Assembly: GCF_001447785.1 (NCBI RefSeq) | Contig: NW_015163610.1 | Coordinates: 261,288-325,287 of the forward strand | DNA length: 64,000 nt | From: Gekko japonicus | Taxonomy: Eukaryota | Reading direction: 5' to 3' | Part shown: positions 25,672 to 37,801 of the stretch, piece after piece | Position numbering within the stretch: the stretch's first letter is position 1 | How the letters are laid out: every line of letters starts with the position of its first letter | Made by a program: the position numbers and the translations under genes | The notes under the pieces: model-generated | Seen by the model: the letters and a program-made list of their open reading frames with translations, nothing else | Told to the model about the DNA's origin: nothing | Databases searched by the model: none

Positions 25672-26475
25672 TGGAGAGGAGTGACAAGTGGAGTACCTCA
25701 AGGATCTTTCCTAGGACCTGTTTCGTTCAACATCTTTATCAGTGATTTGGATGAAGGAATAGAGGGAATGCTTATTAAAATTGCAGATGATACTAAATTG
25801 TGAGGGGTAGCAAATACGGTAGAAGACAGAGTCAGGATACAGCACTGATCTTGACAGGTTGCAAAACTGGGCTAAAACAAATAAAATAAATTTCAATGGG
25901 GATAAGTGTAAAGTTCTGCATTTAGGTAGGAAAAATCAAATGCATAATTATAGGTTGGGGGAGACTTGTCTTGACAGTAGTATGTGCGAAAAGGATCTAG
26001 GGGTCTTAGTAGACCATACATTGAACATGAGTCAGCAGTGTGATGCGGTTGCTCAAAAGGCAAATGCGATTTTGGGCTGTATCAACAGAAGTATAGTGCC
26101 CAGATCATGCGAAGTGATGGTACCACTTTACTCTGCTCTGGTTAGACCTCACCTAGAGTACTGTGTTCAATTGGGGGAATCACAAATTAAGAAGGATATA
26201 GACAAGCTGGAATGTGTCCAGAGGAGAGCAACAAAGATGGTGAGGGGTCTGGAGACCCATGTCATATGAGGAAAGGTTGAAGGAGCTGGGTATGTTTAGC
26301 CTGGAGAGGAGATAACTGAGAGATGATATGATAAGCATCTTTAAGTACTTGAAGGGCTGTCGTATAGACAATGGTATGGAGTTGTTTTCTGTTGCCCCAG
26401 AAGGTCAGCCTAGAACCAACGGGTTGAAATTAAATCAGAAGAGTTTTTGGCTCTTCCAACTCTATGATTCTATGA
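25672..26475 (+). mobile_element. CR1 LINE ORF2 (RT C-terminal half) with 3' terminus, frameshifted
   Basis: [32 protein letters not shown] and LVRPHLEYCVQ motifs, and a ccaactctatgattctatga tail. Most of the 3'UTR is deleted. Confidence 0.95.
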
Positions 26476-26566
26476 GGAGTGGCAGATGCTTCAGGATCAT
26501 AAAAGTACAAGTGGGGACTCGCAAGGAATCACATTTTCCCCACCTTTGCTTCTTCTCCTCTTTCCC

Positions 26567-26677
26567 NNNNNNNNNNNNNNNNNNNNNNNNNNNNNNNNNN
26601 NNNNNNNNNNNNNNNNNNNNNNNNNNNNNNNNNNNNNNNNNNNNNNNNNNNNNNNNNNNNNNNNNNNNNNNNNNNNN
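26567..26677. other. Assembly gap flanked by pyrimidine/C-rich low-complexity sequence
   Basis: Run of N. Confidence 1.
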
Positions 26678-27242
26678 CCCCCCCCCACCCCCCCCCCTCC
26701 CCCCCCCCCCCCAGCAGTAGTGGCCACAGCCACTCTCCAGGAATCATTTAATCATTTAAAAGTTAAATAGAATAAACTTGATGAATGATGGTGTTTGGGT
26801 ACGTGAAGATCCTAGCAAATGATCTCCAGGCCCATTCAGGCTGATACAAAAGGTGGTGTTGGCAGCCCTTACTGTAGATCTGTGAACTCAGCTAATCAAA
26901 GTAACTGTTTTAATGGTGGGATCATTTTTATGGCTCTTTCAACTACCCACACAGTGACAGTTTTTTTTAAAAAAGCCCCAAGGTGGGTGAGAAAAAAGAT
27001 GCTGTGACAACAAAGCCTTGTGAGATTCCAGGAGCCGACCAGCCATTTTCTGGCTGTGGGGTAGGCTCTGCTGCTTTGAATGCCGGCAGGAGAAACTTCC
27101 AGCAGGTACAATGCAGGCATGGTAAGTCTGGGGCTGTCACTCTCCCGGCCTCCCACCTACTTCCCCCCCACACAGCAGAAGAGGCAGCAGTCACTCTCCA
27201 GGAATCACCATGGATTGCCCAAATACAGAGATCTGTTCCTAT

Positions 27243-27451
27243 TAGGGTTGCCAGCTCCATTTTGGGAGATTCCTGGAGATTTGGAGGTGGAGCCTTGGGA
27301 AGATGAGGTTTGAGCTTGGAAGTGACCTCAGCAGGTTGTAATATGATAAACTCCACCCTTCAAAGCAGCCATTCCCTCCAGAGGAACTGATCCCTGTCAT
27401 CTGGAGATCAGTTGTAAATCCAGGAGATTTCCAGCCCTCACCTGGAGGTTG
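27243..27451 (-). mobile_element. hAT-type MITE, family A (one end truncated)
   Basis: tagggttgccagctcc...ggagatcagttgtaa...cacctggaggttg. Confidence 0.75.
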
Positions 27452-27997
27452 AGGTGGAAAAGGAAACAAACAACCGTGATATATTATGCCACAAAAGTCT
27501 CCAAAGACTAGAAATTTCTTTTTCCAATATTCAGTTTACTGGATGCAATTCAAACGCCATCAACACCAACGGATCATGCATATCATCGTGTACAACTTTG
27601 TCAAAGTGAATAGCGTTGAAATACCTACATTTAATTACAAAAATATATAATTCTATTATTAGTATTAATGTTAGCAAGAAAATAGCACAAGGCTGTACAA
27701 ACAACTGACTGTTGTTTGTACAGCCTTACAAGATTAATCCATTTAACAAACTCACTGGTAGTATTTCATAGTGACATTCTTCAAAATCCATCAGTGTAAT
27801 GTCAATTCATTCTTCCCTATTTACTTATACATATCTAAAGCCCATAATTACTGCCAGCCGGCTGTTTGTCAGTCCTGCATCTTAAAGGGACAAAACCCAT
27901 TTACAAAGGCAGTAATGCCCCGAGGAGTAGAAAAACCACATGAGGTTTTACAAACTTTTACCCTTTTAGACACATCAGTAATTGCTGCCATCCTGCC

Positions 27998-28279
27998 AGC
28001 CAGTTTGATGTAGTGGTTAAGTGGGCGGACTCTAATCTGGGACAACCGGGTTTGATTTCCCACTCCAGTTGCATCTGGCTGGATGACCTTGGGCAAGCCG
28101 TAGCTCTGATAAGAGCTGTTCTTGAAAAAGAGCAGTTTCTGTCAAGAGTTCTCTCAGCCCCGCCTACCTCACAGGGTGTCCGTTGTGGGGAGGGGAAGGG
28201 AAAGGAGTTTGTAAGCCGCTCTAAGACATGTTCGGGTAGTGAAGGGCGGGGTATAAATCCAATCTCTTCTTCTTCTTCT
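27998..28279 (+). mobile_element. Squam3-type SINE with (CTT)n tail
   Basis: A box tgtagtggttaag, B box gggtttgatttcc, and gggcggggtataaatccaatctcttcttcttc. Confidence 0.85.
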
Positions 28280-28506
28280 AACAGTCAACCCATTTAACAA
28301 AACAGAACTATTTTACCAGGGACAAAAAAGACAGAGAAAGAAGAACACCATTTAAGAAGCCACCATAATTTTACACACGAGAAACCCAATGCTTTACGCT
28401 AATTACAAAAAGACTTATCAAAAGGAAGAAACACCAATAGAAAACCAACATGATCTTACATAAGAAAGCACATATGCTGCACAAATTATTATACAAGCAC
28501 AAAACC

Positions 28507-28944
28507 TTACAAAAAACAGCTAAGGTCCAATTCAGCATTAAGCCTATTGTGTGTAAGAGAATTAAGTTTATGAATCCATCTGGCCTCCTCCTGAAGGAGA
28601 ACTTGCCATACATTGGCAGTTTTGTCCGCCACAAAGAGTACAGTATATCTAAAGTCATCACATTTATGTTTCTTAGTATTGAAATGTTCAGTTAAAGCAG
28701 CCTCAGAAATATTATTTTTAATACGTGAGATATGTTCCAGGATGCACATCTTGGTAGGTCTAGACGTCTGTCCGATATAAATTAATTCACAGGCACATAA
28801 AATAAGATACACCACATTTCCACTTGAACATGTTGAAAACTTGGACAGTTTTATCTGATGTTGACCGGGAAGATTAATCACATCCCCCTCCATTGCTAAA
28901 TGAGTGAAAGCATTTATGGTGCCCAGGGGGAAGTGTTCTATCAA
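28507..28944 (-). mobile_element. Penelope-like element, GIY-YIG endonuclease C-terminal domain; the AT-rich 3' region probably extends to about 27480
   Basis: TCSSGNVVYLILCACELIYIGQTSR...EH...LTEHF...H...E..WIHKL..L...RLN, the characteristic GIY-YIG motifs of Penelope-like elements. Confidence 0.9.
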
Positions 28945-29140
28945 TTACATGACCCCTAAAGTTGGAACATACCACTAAATCCTTTATGCTTTTAGTTTTT
29001 CTAAAGCCAACTGTAGGGGAATTGCCACACCCTGGGATATCTTCCACCAGATTCCATAACCTTTGTACAGTCCCCTGCAGCTTCTACTGAGGAAAACTAT
29101 GTTTTTTCTCCATGATTGGGGCTCAAGCAGTTTACATTAT

Positions 29141-29300
29141 TCTCTCCTCCTTTTTATCCACACAACAACCCTATGAGGTAGGCTAGGCTGAAATTATGTG
29201 ACTGGTCAAAAATCACCCAGTGAGCTTCTACAGTAAGATAGGGATCTAAACCTGGGTCTTGCAAACCCTACTCTAAAGCTCTGACCATTATACTACACTG
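29141..29300 (-). mobile_element. tRNA-derived SINE (old Squam3-like)
   Basis: cacaacaaccctatgaggtaggctaggctg...gggatctaaacctgggtct...accattatactacactg. Confidence 0.65.
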
Positions 29301-29387
29301 ACTTTCATAGGGTGGCTGCTGTTGCACAGTAGCAAGCAGCCAGGCCTAGTTGAATCATGCAAGTCACCCAGAGGATGCTGCTAGGCC

Positions 29388-29588
29388 TAGGTTTGCCAGC
29401 CTCCGGGTAGGACCTGGAGATCCCCCAGAATTACAACTGAACTCCAGACAACAGAGATCTGTCCCCCTGGAGAACATGGGTGGACTCTGTGGCATTATAT
29501 CTAGCTGAGGCCCCTCCCCAAACTCTGCACTCCTCAGACTTCACCACAGAATCTCAAGGAATTTCCCAACCTGGAACGGGTAATTCTA
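29388..29588 (+). mobile_element. hAT-type MITE, family A
   Basis: taggtttgccagcctcc...ttacaactgaactccag...gggtaattcta. Confidence 0.75.
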
Positions 29589-31154
29589 GTCCCAGGCCTG
29601 GCTCCAAACTCCCTACTATTTAGCCATTCATACTGACCCAATCTGAAGTCCCGGTTTTCTTTTGTCCCCCCCCCCCCCCCGGCTATCTCTCACTGTCAGT
29701 GTGGCAGGGCCTGGAGTCGATCCCCGCAGAGGCCATTTCAAAAGGTATGGGGGGGGGATTCAATCCTCCTTGAGTGTTTTTTTAATTTTTTGGATTTTTC
29801 TGCATAACCAGGGAGTCCTCTGAGTATGTAGAAAAACCTGTTGGGGGAGAATATGCCCCCTATCCATGGAAATAAGTAATCGCACACAGAGGGGACTGTT
29901 GAGAATTAGATATATAGATGTCCTATGCTCTGCTGTAGGTGGCTAGCATAGGCCTAGGTATCATTCAGGATGGGCTTATATCCTTGCCAGTGCACTGTGC
30001 TTTACAGCATATTGTTTATTATTGTCTTCATATATTTGTATGTTTTTATGCCCCCCCGGGAGCCTTGCATATTATGTAATAGCAGACTTCCTGTAGTAAT
30101 TGTGCTGCTCTTTTCATTTTGCAGATGGTGAGCTTTTTGCTATTTTATTTCTGTATCCTCATTCAATACATTTTTCTACATGCTCAAGCCATGTGAACAT
30201 ATTCTGTGGATTCTCCTTTTTTTTGGGGGGGGGGGGTGGAATCCCAGAATTTGGCACAGCCAATCATGCATACAGAAACATCTCCACATATTTGTATTTT
30301 TACACTGCTCTATATCATGAGACCAGGGCTACTTATGCAATTTAGAACTGAAACCCAGTTTTCAAGTAGTTACTGCCACAAGTAAAAATGGATATAGGTA
30401 ACCATGCCTAAAACATTGGGTTTGGTCCCCAAACCTGTAAATTGCTTTGGGAGACTTGCTGAGAAGCTTCCTAAATATTGATTGAGTGAATGAATGAATG
30501 AAGCTAGAGGAAGTAAAAAAAAAAAACCCACCTAGAACAAAACAAGCAAAAAACAAATGAAATGAAAACCCAGCCACCATGATCAAAGCTGTCAGTAGGC
30601 AGCTTAGATGGGTAGTTTTCTAAAAAGATATGTGATCTGTAACATGCTTGAAGAATCCAGAAGAAAACAGCTGGGGTTATTCTCAGACCATAATGCAGAG
30701 AATGGTAAATAAAAATGGAGAGGAACTAGTAAGGGATCACTACAGCGGTAGTAGAAGGTGGCAAAAGAAGTATCATCTCCAGTTAGAGTAGTGTCAGTGT
30801 GTCTTTATAAGAGGTAAACAAGCATTTGTGGACAATAGAGATATTTTAATGAGTCTCCATAATGGGTCTGTGTCATGAAGATGGCACATAGTAAATACCC
30901 GAGCTGTGGAATTTATCTATACTCTATTGCTTCAGGAATTACTCTTGTGCTTTCCCTGGAAATGGCTGATACAGCCTTGACTGATACGTTCCTCTTTCCC
31001 ATAATAAAGGCATGAATTTAGGTTTAGAATGGTTCAATGTGTCAGGGATGACTATATGACTATGACAGGGTGTCATCATCTGATGGTTAGGTGGGTTTCA
31101 GAATACAATGTATTGTGATGATCTGCTAATAACTAAATGATGTTGGCTCTTTAG

Positions 31155-31843
31155 TAGGAGTGAGTACAAAAAATTGGCATTTTTCAGATTCAGGTGTAAT
31201 GGAGCTGGAAAATGTTGGTATTTCTTGATATTCCCAAATTCCAATACTAGTATGGGATTTGGGGTTTTGGGGGGAATCCTGATATCTTTTTTAGCTCCAT
31301 TATAGCCTATGGGGAACATTATGGCCAGTGGTCCTCATAGAGTACAATGGGGAATCTGTGCTGGGGTATGCAGAGGTCTGAGGGTGAGTGTTTGTTTTGA
31401 GGTAGAAGCACCAAATTTTCAGCATAACTGCTGGTGCCTCTTCTCAGAAGAAACCCCAAGTTTCAAAAAGATTGGTCCAATTCTATGGTCCCCCAGAGAT
31501 GATGGCCACATCCTCCATTGTTTCCAATGGAGGAGGAAAGGCATTTAAAGCATTCATGATCCCTTTAAACACCTTCTGCAAGCTGCACGTTCACCCCAAA
31601 GGCATTTAAAGGCTTTGTGATCTCTTTAAATGGCTTCTCTAAGCTACTAGTTCACCCTGAAGGCATTTCAAGGGATTGTGATCCCTTTAAACGCCCTTTA
31701 TCTGAAGCTATCTAGTGTTCCCGAATAATTTTGAATATTTTCAGGATTTTTCCATATGGGCTCTATCAGATAGCCAAAATGATCCTGGCATATATATGCG
31801 ACTGAATTTTTCAGCGCAGATATACCCGAATGCTCACCCCCTA
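31155..31843. mobile_element. hAT-type non-autonomous element, family D, with an internal ~60-bp tandem repeat (x3)
   Basis: Ends taggagtgagta / tgctcacccccta, 8-bp TSD ctctttag/ctcttcag, and aaggcatttaaag...gatccctttaaa repeated at about 31539-31697. Confidence 0.75.
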
Positions 31844-32241
31844 CTCTTCAGTTGAGAGTGGAGCTTACTTGACTACTTGCCCAAATCCCCAGTTCTGAAT
31901 TTGGACAGGGCAAATAAAAAGAGTTCTTTTATTCCTTTAGTGGAATCCGTTATCTAGAATTTGTCACCATATTCAATACTCCTGAATTGTTTTTTACACC
32001 CTGATAATGATGGTTCCAGATTTAGTTTATCAGGAACACCTTCCTCCAGTCATTTGAAAGTAGATACTCTATGACAGTGGTAAGCATCTAGTTTTTCTGA
32101 AGGACCAATTTGATAAGGGACTTGACAGTCACAGGCATGCTACCAAGTCTCATTGTTTTCTTTCTAGGATGGCAATTACATGTCACTGGGTTTGGCCCAG
32201 ACCCACTGGAGCTGTCTCCAAGCCTCTAGATACCAGACAGT

Positions 32242-33457
32242 GGTTGCGGTCACACGCGTGAGATAACACAGGGGGGAAGCAAGGCTATTTGCTCCGTATG
32301 AATTTGACCCACATTTGCACGATCACACAGTCCTTGGGAGCTGTGGGGGCAGCCTGCCACTGCATGATCAGACGCAAACCTGGGTGAATTGGGGTTTTTT
32401 TGGCTGTGTGTTTCCAGTGTGCTTCAATGAGGGTCAATGAAAGACAGATATTATGAGAAAATACCAAGATGGGTCTCCCCACTTGAAGCATTTATTAAAC
32501 CAACACTTCTGACAAAAGATAAGATAAAATCATATGACCATCTATTAGACAAAAAAGATCAGATCAGAGATTTAGCTACAGTGAACATTAATTTAACATG
32601 GTGGGAATCGGTACAATTGAAGTCTATATATAGTAAAGATAAAACTACGGGCTTTTTCATGGGAAACAACGAATTAAACAAGATGTGGTTGTCAACAAGT
32701 GATAAATTAATACAAAAATTATACACGTTCCTATTAGAAAGATATATGCAGGACGAGACGGTTAAACCTTCAATGTTAGCTTGGATGAGGGATATGGGTT
32801 ATACTACAGAATTTGATGATTGGGACAAAATATGGAAGACAATGAGATATTTAGGCTCAACAGCCTACAAAGAAAATATATACAAAATGTTCCATAGATG
32901 GTACTGGTCACCTGATAGAATTGCAAAATGTGCACCAAAAATATCGAAGAACTGCTGGAAATGTAAGAACAATATAGGAACATTTATACAAATGCTGTAA
33001 CATGCAAAAATTTTGGAAAATTGTTAAACAAATGGTATTAGAAATAATGAATGTGAACCTAAAATTGGTACCTGAAATATACCTGTTAAACATTATCCCA
33101 GATAATTTTGATCAAGACGATAAATACTCCCTATGCAGTGTGCGATGATGTGCATACCAAAATGGGGGGGGGGGGGGATAAAAGTTGGGGGCATGGAGTC
33201 AGGATGGCCTTATCAGACCATCCCGACACCATGGGAGCGTGCTGGAGTAATCACATGGGAAAGTCCATTCCTGGCCCATAGAAACCCATTTGCTTCCGGA
33301 CTTTCCCTAGTATCTTTTTACCCTTCTTCTATGGTAGAGCAAAATGGGTTGCCAACAGGTGTGGAATGCTTGGCATATGTTCTCATGTGATCATGCCCTT
33401 AAAATCCACCCGGCATTCAGGCCTATGGCGTGGCTAATTCTGCATGTGATCGCAGCC
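32242..33457. mobile_element. PIF/Harbinger-type element interrupted by an L1 fragment
   Basis: ggttgcggtcaca / tgtgatcgcagcc, 3-bp TSD AGT, and a body homologous to 4728-5376. Confidence 0.75.
32437..33127 (+). mobile_element. L1-clade LINE ORF2 C-terminal fragment (zinc-knuckle region)
   Basis: W..IW...KENIYKMFHRWYWSP.RIAK.....CWKC...GTF..M, typical of the reptile/fish L1 ORF2 C-terminus. Premature stop at 33000. Confidence 0.85.
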
Positions 33458-36400
33458 AGTAATTCATTAGAACAGTGATGCAGCAATGCTGACTTGCAAA
33501 CTTGAATTGAATTGTATTGTTTCATGACCTAGGTGAGTAGCAGTCAGGCTCTTTATAAATCCCAAATACCAACCATTCATTGTTCAGGAAATGTTGTCAA
33601 ACAGTTCTGAAATTTACACTTATAGATAACCAAAAGCTGTTGCTAGTTGGACCTAGGATAGAGGACAAAAGTGCAGCTTTGCGGCATGTGACGAATACAA
33701 TCTGTGTGCAGAGAGCTACATGCTTGGTTCAGTGGATGATCTGGGCCTCTGCTTTTGTGCTGGTGACCCACTTATTCTTGGGCAGCTGGGAAACAACTCT
33801 ATTTCCAGGCTCCCTCACCACCACCCCTCTTTCATTCCTCCATTTCCATGCTTTCATAGCTTTTCATCTTCCTTCGGTTTTTTTGCTGTCTGAATGGGGT
33901 GCAGCCCACCACAGACTCACTGCCATCACTATGCTGTGATCTTTAGATAGACGTTGTACATTATTTGCCAACAGGATGGCTCAGGCGCAAAGAAGGGCTT
34001 AAGAAGACACCATCTGCCTCCGTCTTTCACACACATTCTCTGCTCTTTCTCTCTCTCTCTTTTTGTGCGTGTGTGTGAACATCCATACAGAAAAGCAATT
34101 GCTAATTAGAGCGAAAGAAAGAGGGAGTAGAGAAGAGAAAGAGGGGATCTGGGAGTAATTCTGCCGCTATGCAAATCAATCAGTCTTTAAAGGCGGAGGG
34201 GGAGAAGGCCTTTCTTCCAAAGGAGTGGGAGTGGGTTATTTTGACAAAACAAGTGACAAAGGTCTTTCTAATGTGAAAAGATGGCTTAAAAAAACTTTTC
34301 ACCATAAAAAGAAGGGGAAAGATTAAAAAAAAAGATGCAATAGAGAATGTTTCTTACAAACTCCCACTGCTGAACTCTCTCAATGGATGCATTCTGCAAT
34401 TGTCTCTATTAAAAGAACTGTAAAGTGTATCATTTTCACAAATGCTTGGTGTGTATATAGTACATGCGTGTGAATGCTACCCCCTGCCTCCCAAGGCTGC
34501 CTGCAGATTTGAATATTGGAGGCTTTTCGTGATATCTTTGTAAAAGATGAAATATTGAGAGCTTCTAAGAATTAGATCTGCTAAGATGCCAAGAACTGGC
34601 CAAAATCCCACACATTGCTGAATTGTTTCTAAACCTTATTTCCTTGAGTTTCCCCCCATCCATGGTGGTTCTTGCTCCATGTTTTAATCTTATAGTATTA
34701 TTTGTATTTGATCTTGATTTACAGGTATCCAAAAATGCCCCCTGCCATTTGGCATTGTCTTAGCAGTAAACAGTAATGCTAGTGTTATTTCAGTATGGCA
34801 GATTTGAAAACTTTGCTTCCAGAGTTCATATATTTCTAACAATAGCTGTGAGGCGTTGTGGCTTCAAATAGGGACCCTTAGAGACTTGTAGGCACTTCTT
34901 GATCCATCAAGGACTGAGCATATTTTACCAACTCTCATCCCTGCATTCCAGAGAAAGTAATGGCTGTTTTTGCATTAACTCAGGTCTAAAATATCAGAAT
35001 GTTGAAGGCCCTTTGAAATGGTACGAATGTGGTGGTTTATGTCTTGATATGATAAAATCAGTGAGAACACACAACATCAGAGCTTTAGCAACAGCACTGA
35101 CTCCCCGTTTCTTCCATATACAAATAGAGGTTTTAGCTTTACCTGTGTGCCACTGTGATCACTTAGATTTGCAGAGAAAAGCCTCTGCGTTGTATACCAC
35201 ATTTAGGTGGCATTAGGAGTCAAACACAGTTTGTTTACCAAAGGAGCATAACTGTTTTAAATATCAGGTGGTAAAGTGTAGGTTGTAGTTGATTCACAGC
35301 CTCCTTACCCACCTGCCTGTCATCTTAATGGCTGTTAGTCTAGGGAATAAACTTCACTGGCTGGACTGCCATATTGCTTTCTGTTAAATAAATATATCAT
35401 TGGGTCAGTCTAGGGGCACTTTGTATGATTTATGATGCATGAGAACTCTTGCTGTTTGATAAATAAGGAAGAGCTGCTTAATGGACTATGAACCACATTT
35501 TCCATAGTGACTGCTGTGTACTAGTTGAGTAGCCAGTTGTATGATTTTAAGCATGTACATCTCTCAGACATCACTGGGACAGCACAGTGTATCCCCCTGT
35601 TTTGTGCAGCATGTAGAAGTTAACATCTCAGGCTGAATTCTGACAGACAAAGAAGGGATATCTACTAGTCTCCAAGTATGCAGAAAAAAATATTTAAGAA
35701 TGTTCTAATGGGAACTGAGCATACTGAAGAAAGGACAGAAGGTTGAGTGCCAGTTGAAGGGGGAAAGGTTGGTCATGAGAGAAATCAGCCTTACTCAAGC
35801 CCATGACAGCTTAGATATCCTGGAGGGGGAGATTTGGGAGATTTCCAGATTGTCGTCCCCTCAGTTCTGTATAACCCACCAACTTTTAGTGCTTTATAAT
35901 GTATAGCATTTACACTGCAGTGTACATTGTCTAGTTGAAATCCTTCCAACAATCTTGAAACAATTCCCCTATTTCAATTGGAGGTTGACATTGAAAAGTT
36001 AGTGTTTTACCTGAGACTACCAAGTTAGTTCACGGCAGAGCTAAAATTCAAACAGGAGGCTTAATGGCTGAGCCACAGTGCTGTGCTGTCCCAGAGATGA
36101 TGATTAAACATCTACAAGTGGGCAAATTATACATATTTTATTCCAATTTAAACCTTTACTGAATTCTAAGTAAACCCAAGTGATACTAATTATATACATT
36201 GATAGCTTGTTTATGTTCAAAAGTATATCAGTGAAAACCAGCACTGGCTTTTCTTAGTGTTAATTATCACATCTCTTTATCATTTGCAAATGTTGCATCC
36301 TTCTTGCTGTTTCCTGTATCCTCTGCTAATCATGACTGACTGCTTTTTCTTGGCTGATCATTTGCACTTTATCTTCATGCGATTCTAGAAAAGGAGAGGA

Positions 36401-37384
36401 AATGTCCTAATTATCCCACTTTTGTTTTTCTTGGCATCTACCGCTGCAAAATAGTTTAGCATGAAGAATGTTACTGATAGATTTCAAGGCACCTAGGAGA
36501 GTTCTTCCATTGTTCCTGATGCTTTTTTTCCCCCTTACAATTTTTGCCCATTTTCACCACTGGGTGGAACAGGCAGGCCACTTTTCTTGGTTGTCTCTCA
36601 AGTTTCAGTAAGATTTAGGTACTGGATGACTTTGAAACATCATGCTTATACACTCACACATACACACACAAACCCAGATGTAATTTTTCTTAAATGATGT
36701 GTTAATGAACACATCCATTAACACTTGCAATAATTTCATGAGGAAAATGGCCAAGAAAACCTAGTTACCATTTTTACTAATGAGTACAATGAGTTTTAAT
36801 GGGGGTCTTAATTGGACATTATTAGCACAAATGTTACACCAGTGATTTGAGGCCTTTTCTCTTTGTGTTCCTGGAAATGTATAGTGCACACCTTGAAAGA
36901 TTCAGTTGATGGAATGGAACTACGTGCTGCTGTCTTCATTAGTATGGCATTAGAAGGAAAGTATCCTCTCAGTATCACAGCTCTTGAAGCATGAGGATAG
37001 GAGTGAAGGACGGTGAAGGAAGAAGTGATGCTGCATCAATTGTTTGCTTGTCTTTTCATTTATAGACTTTTAACACAATGTCCTCAAAAGGTAAGTGGTT
37101 CCAAGCAGAAAAATTATTGCCATATTACCTTTATATTTTGGACTGGCTTATTTGGGAGGGCTGTTCCACAAAACTTAAAACTCCCAGAGAACAAAATGGG
37201 TGGTCCTTGGTTCAGAATGCTAGGTTCCAACGAAAACCATTGCAGAGGCACAGAATGTCTCTCAGGTATCAACAATAACAATAGTGCCTCTGGCACTGGA
37301 CCATTAGGTCCACCTATCTCTGACATTTTAGGAGGATACAGAATTGTGCCATTAAAATAATCTCAAGTTTGTGATCAGGTATTT

Positions 37385-37801
37385 TTGTTGTTGTTGTTGT
37401 TCAGCCACACAGTTGAATCTGACTCTTTGCGACCCCATGGACCACATCACGCTAGGCCTTCCTTTCTTCCATCGTCCTCCGGAGTTTGCTCAATTTCATG
37501 TTTGTTGCATCGATAATACTGTGTAACCATCTTTGCCGTCCCTGTCTTTTTTGACCTTCAGTCTTTCCCAGCATCAGGGTCTTCTCCAGTGAGTGCTCCC
37601 TTCTCATTTGGTGGCCAAAGTATTTGAGCTTTGGCTTCAGTATCTGGCCTTCCAGGGAACAGTCAGGGTTGATTTCTTTTAGGATTGACTGATTTGATCT
37701 CCTTGCAGTCCAAGGGACTCTCAAGAGTCTTTTCCAGCACCATAATTTGAAAGCATCTATTCTTTGTCGCTTAGCCTTCCTTATGGTCCAACTCTCGCAG
37801 C
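37385..37801 (-). mobile_element. RTE-BovB LINE 3' part (left half of a split element)
   Basis: CESWTIRKAKRQRIDAFKLWCWKRLLRVPWTARRSNQSILKEINPDCSLEG...LKYFGH...LEKTLMLGK, with a (CAA)n tail at 37385-37400. Confidence 0.92.
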
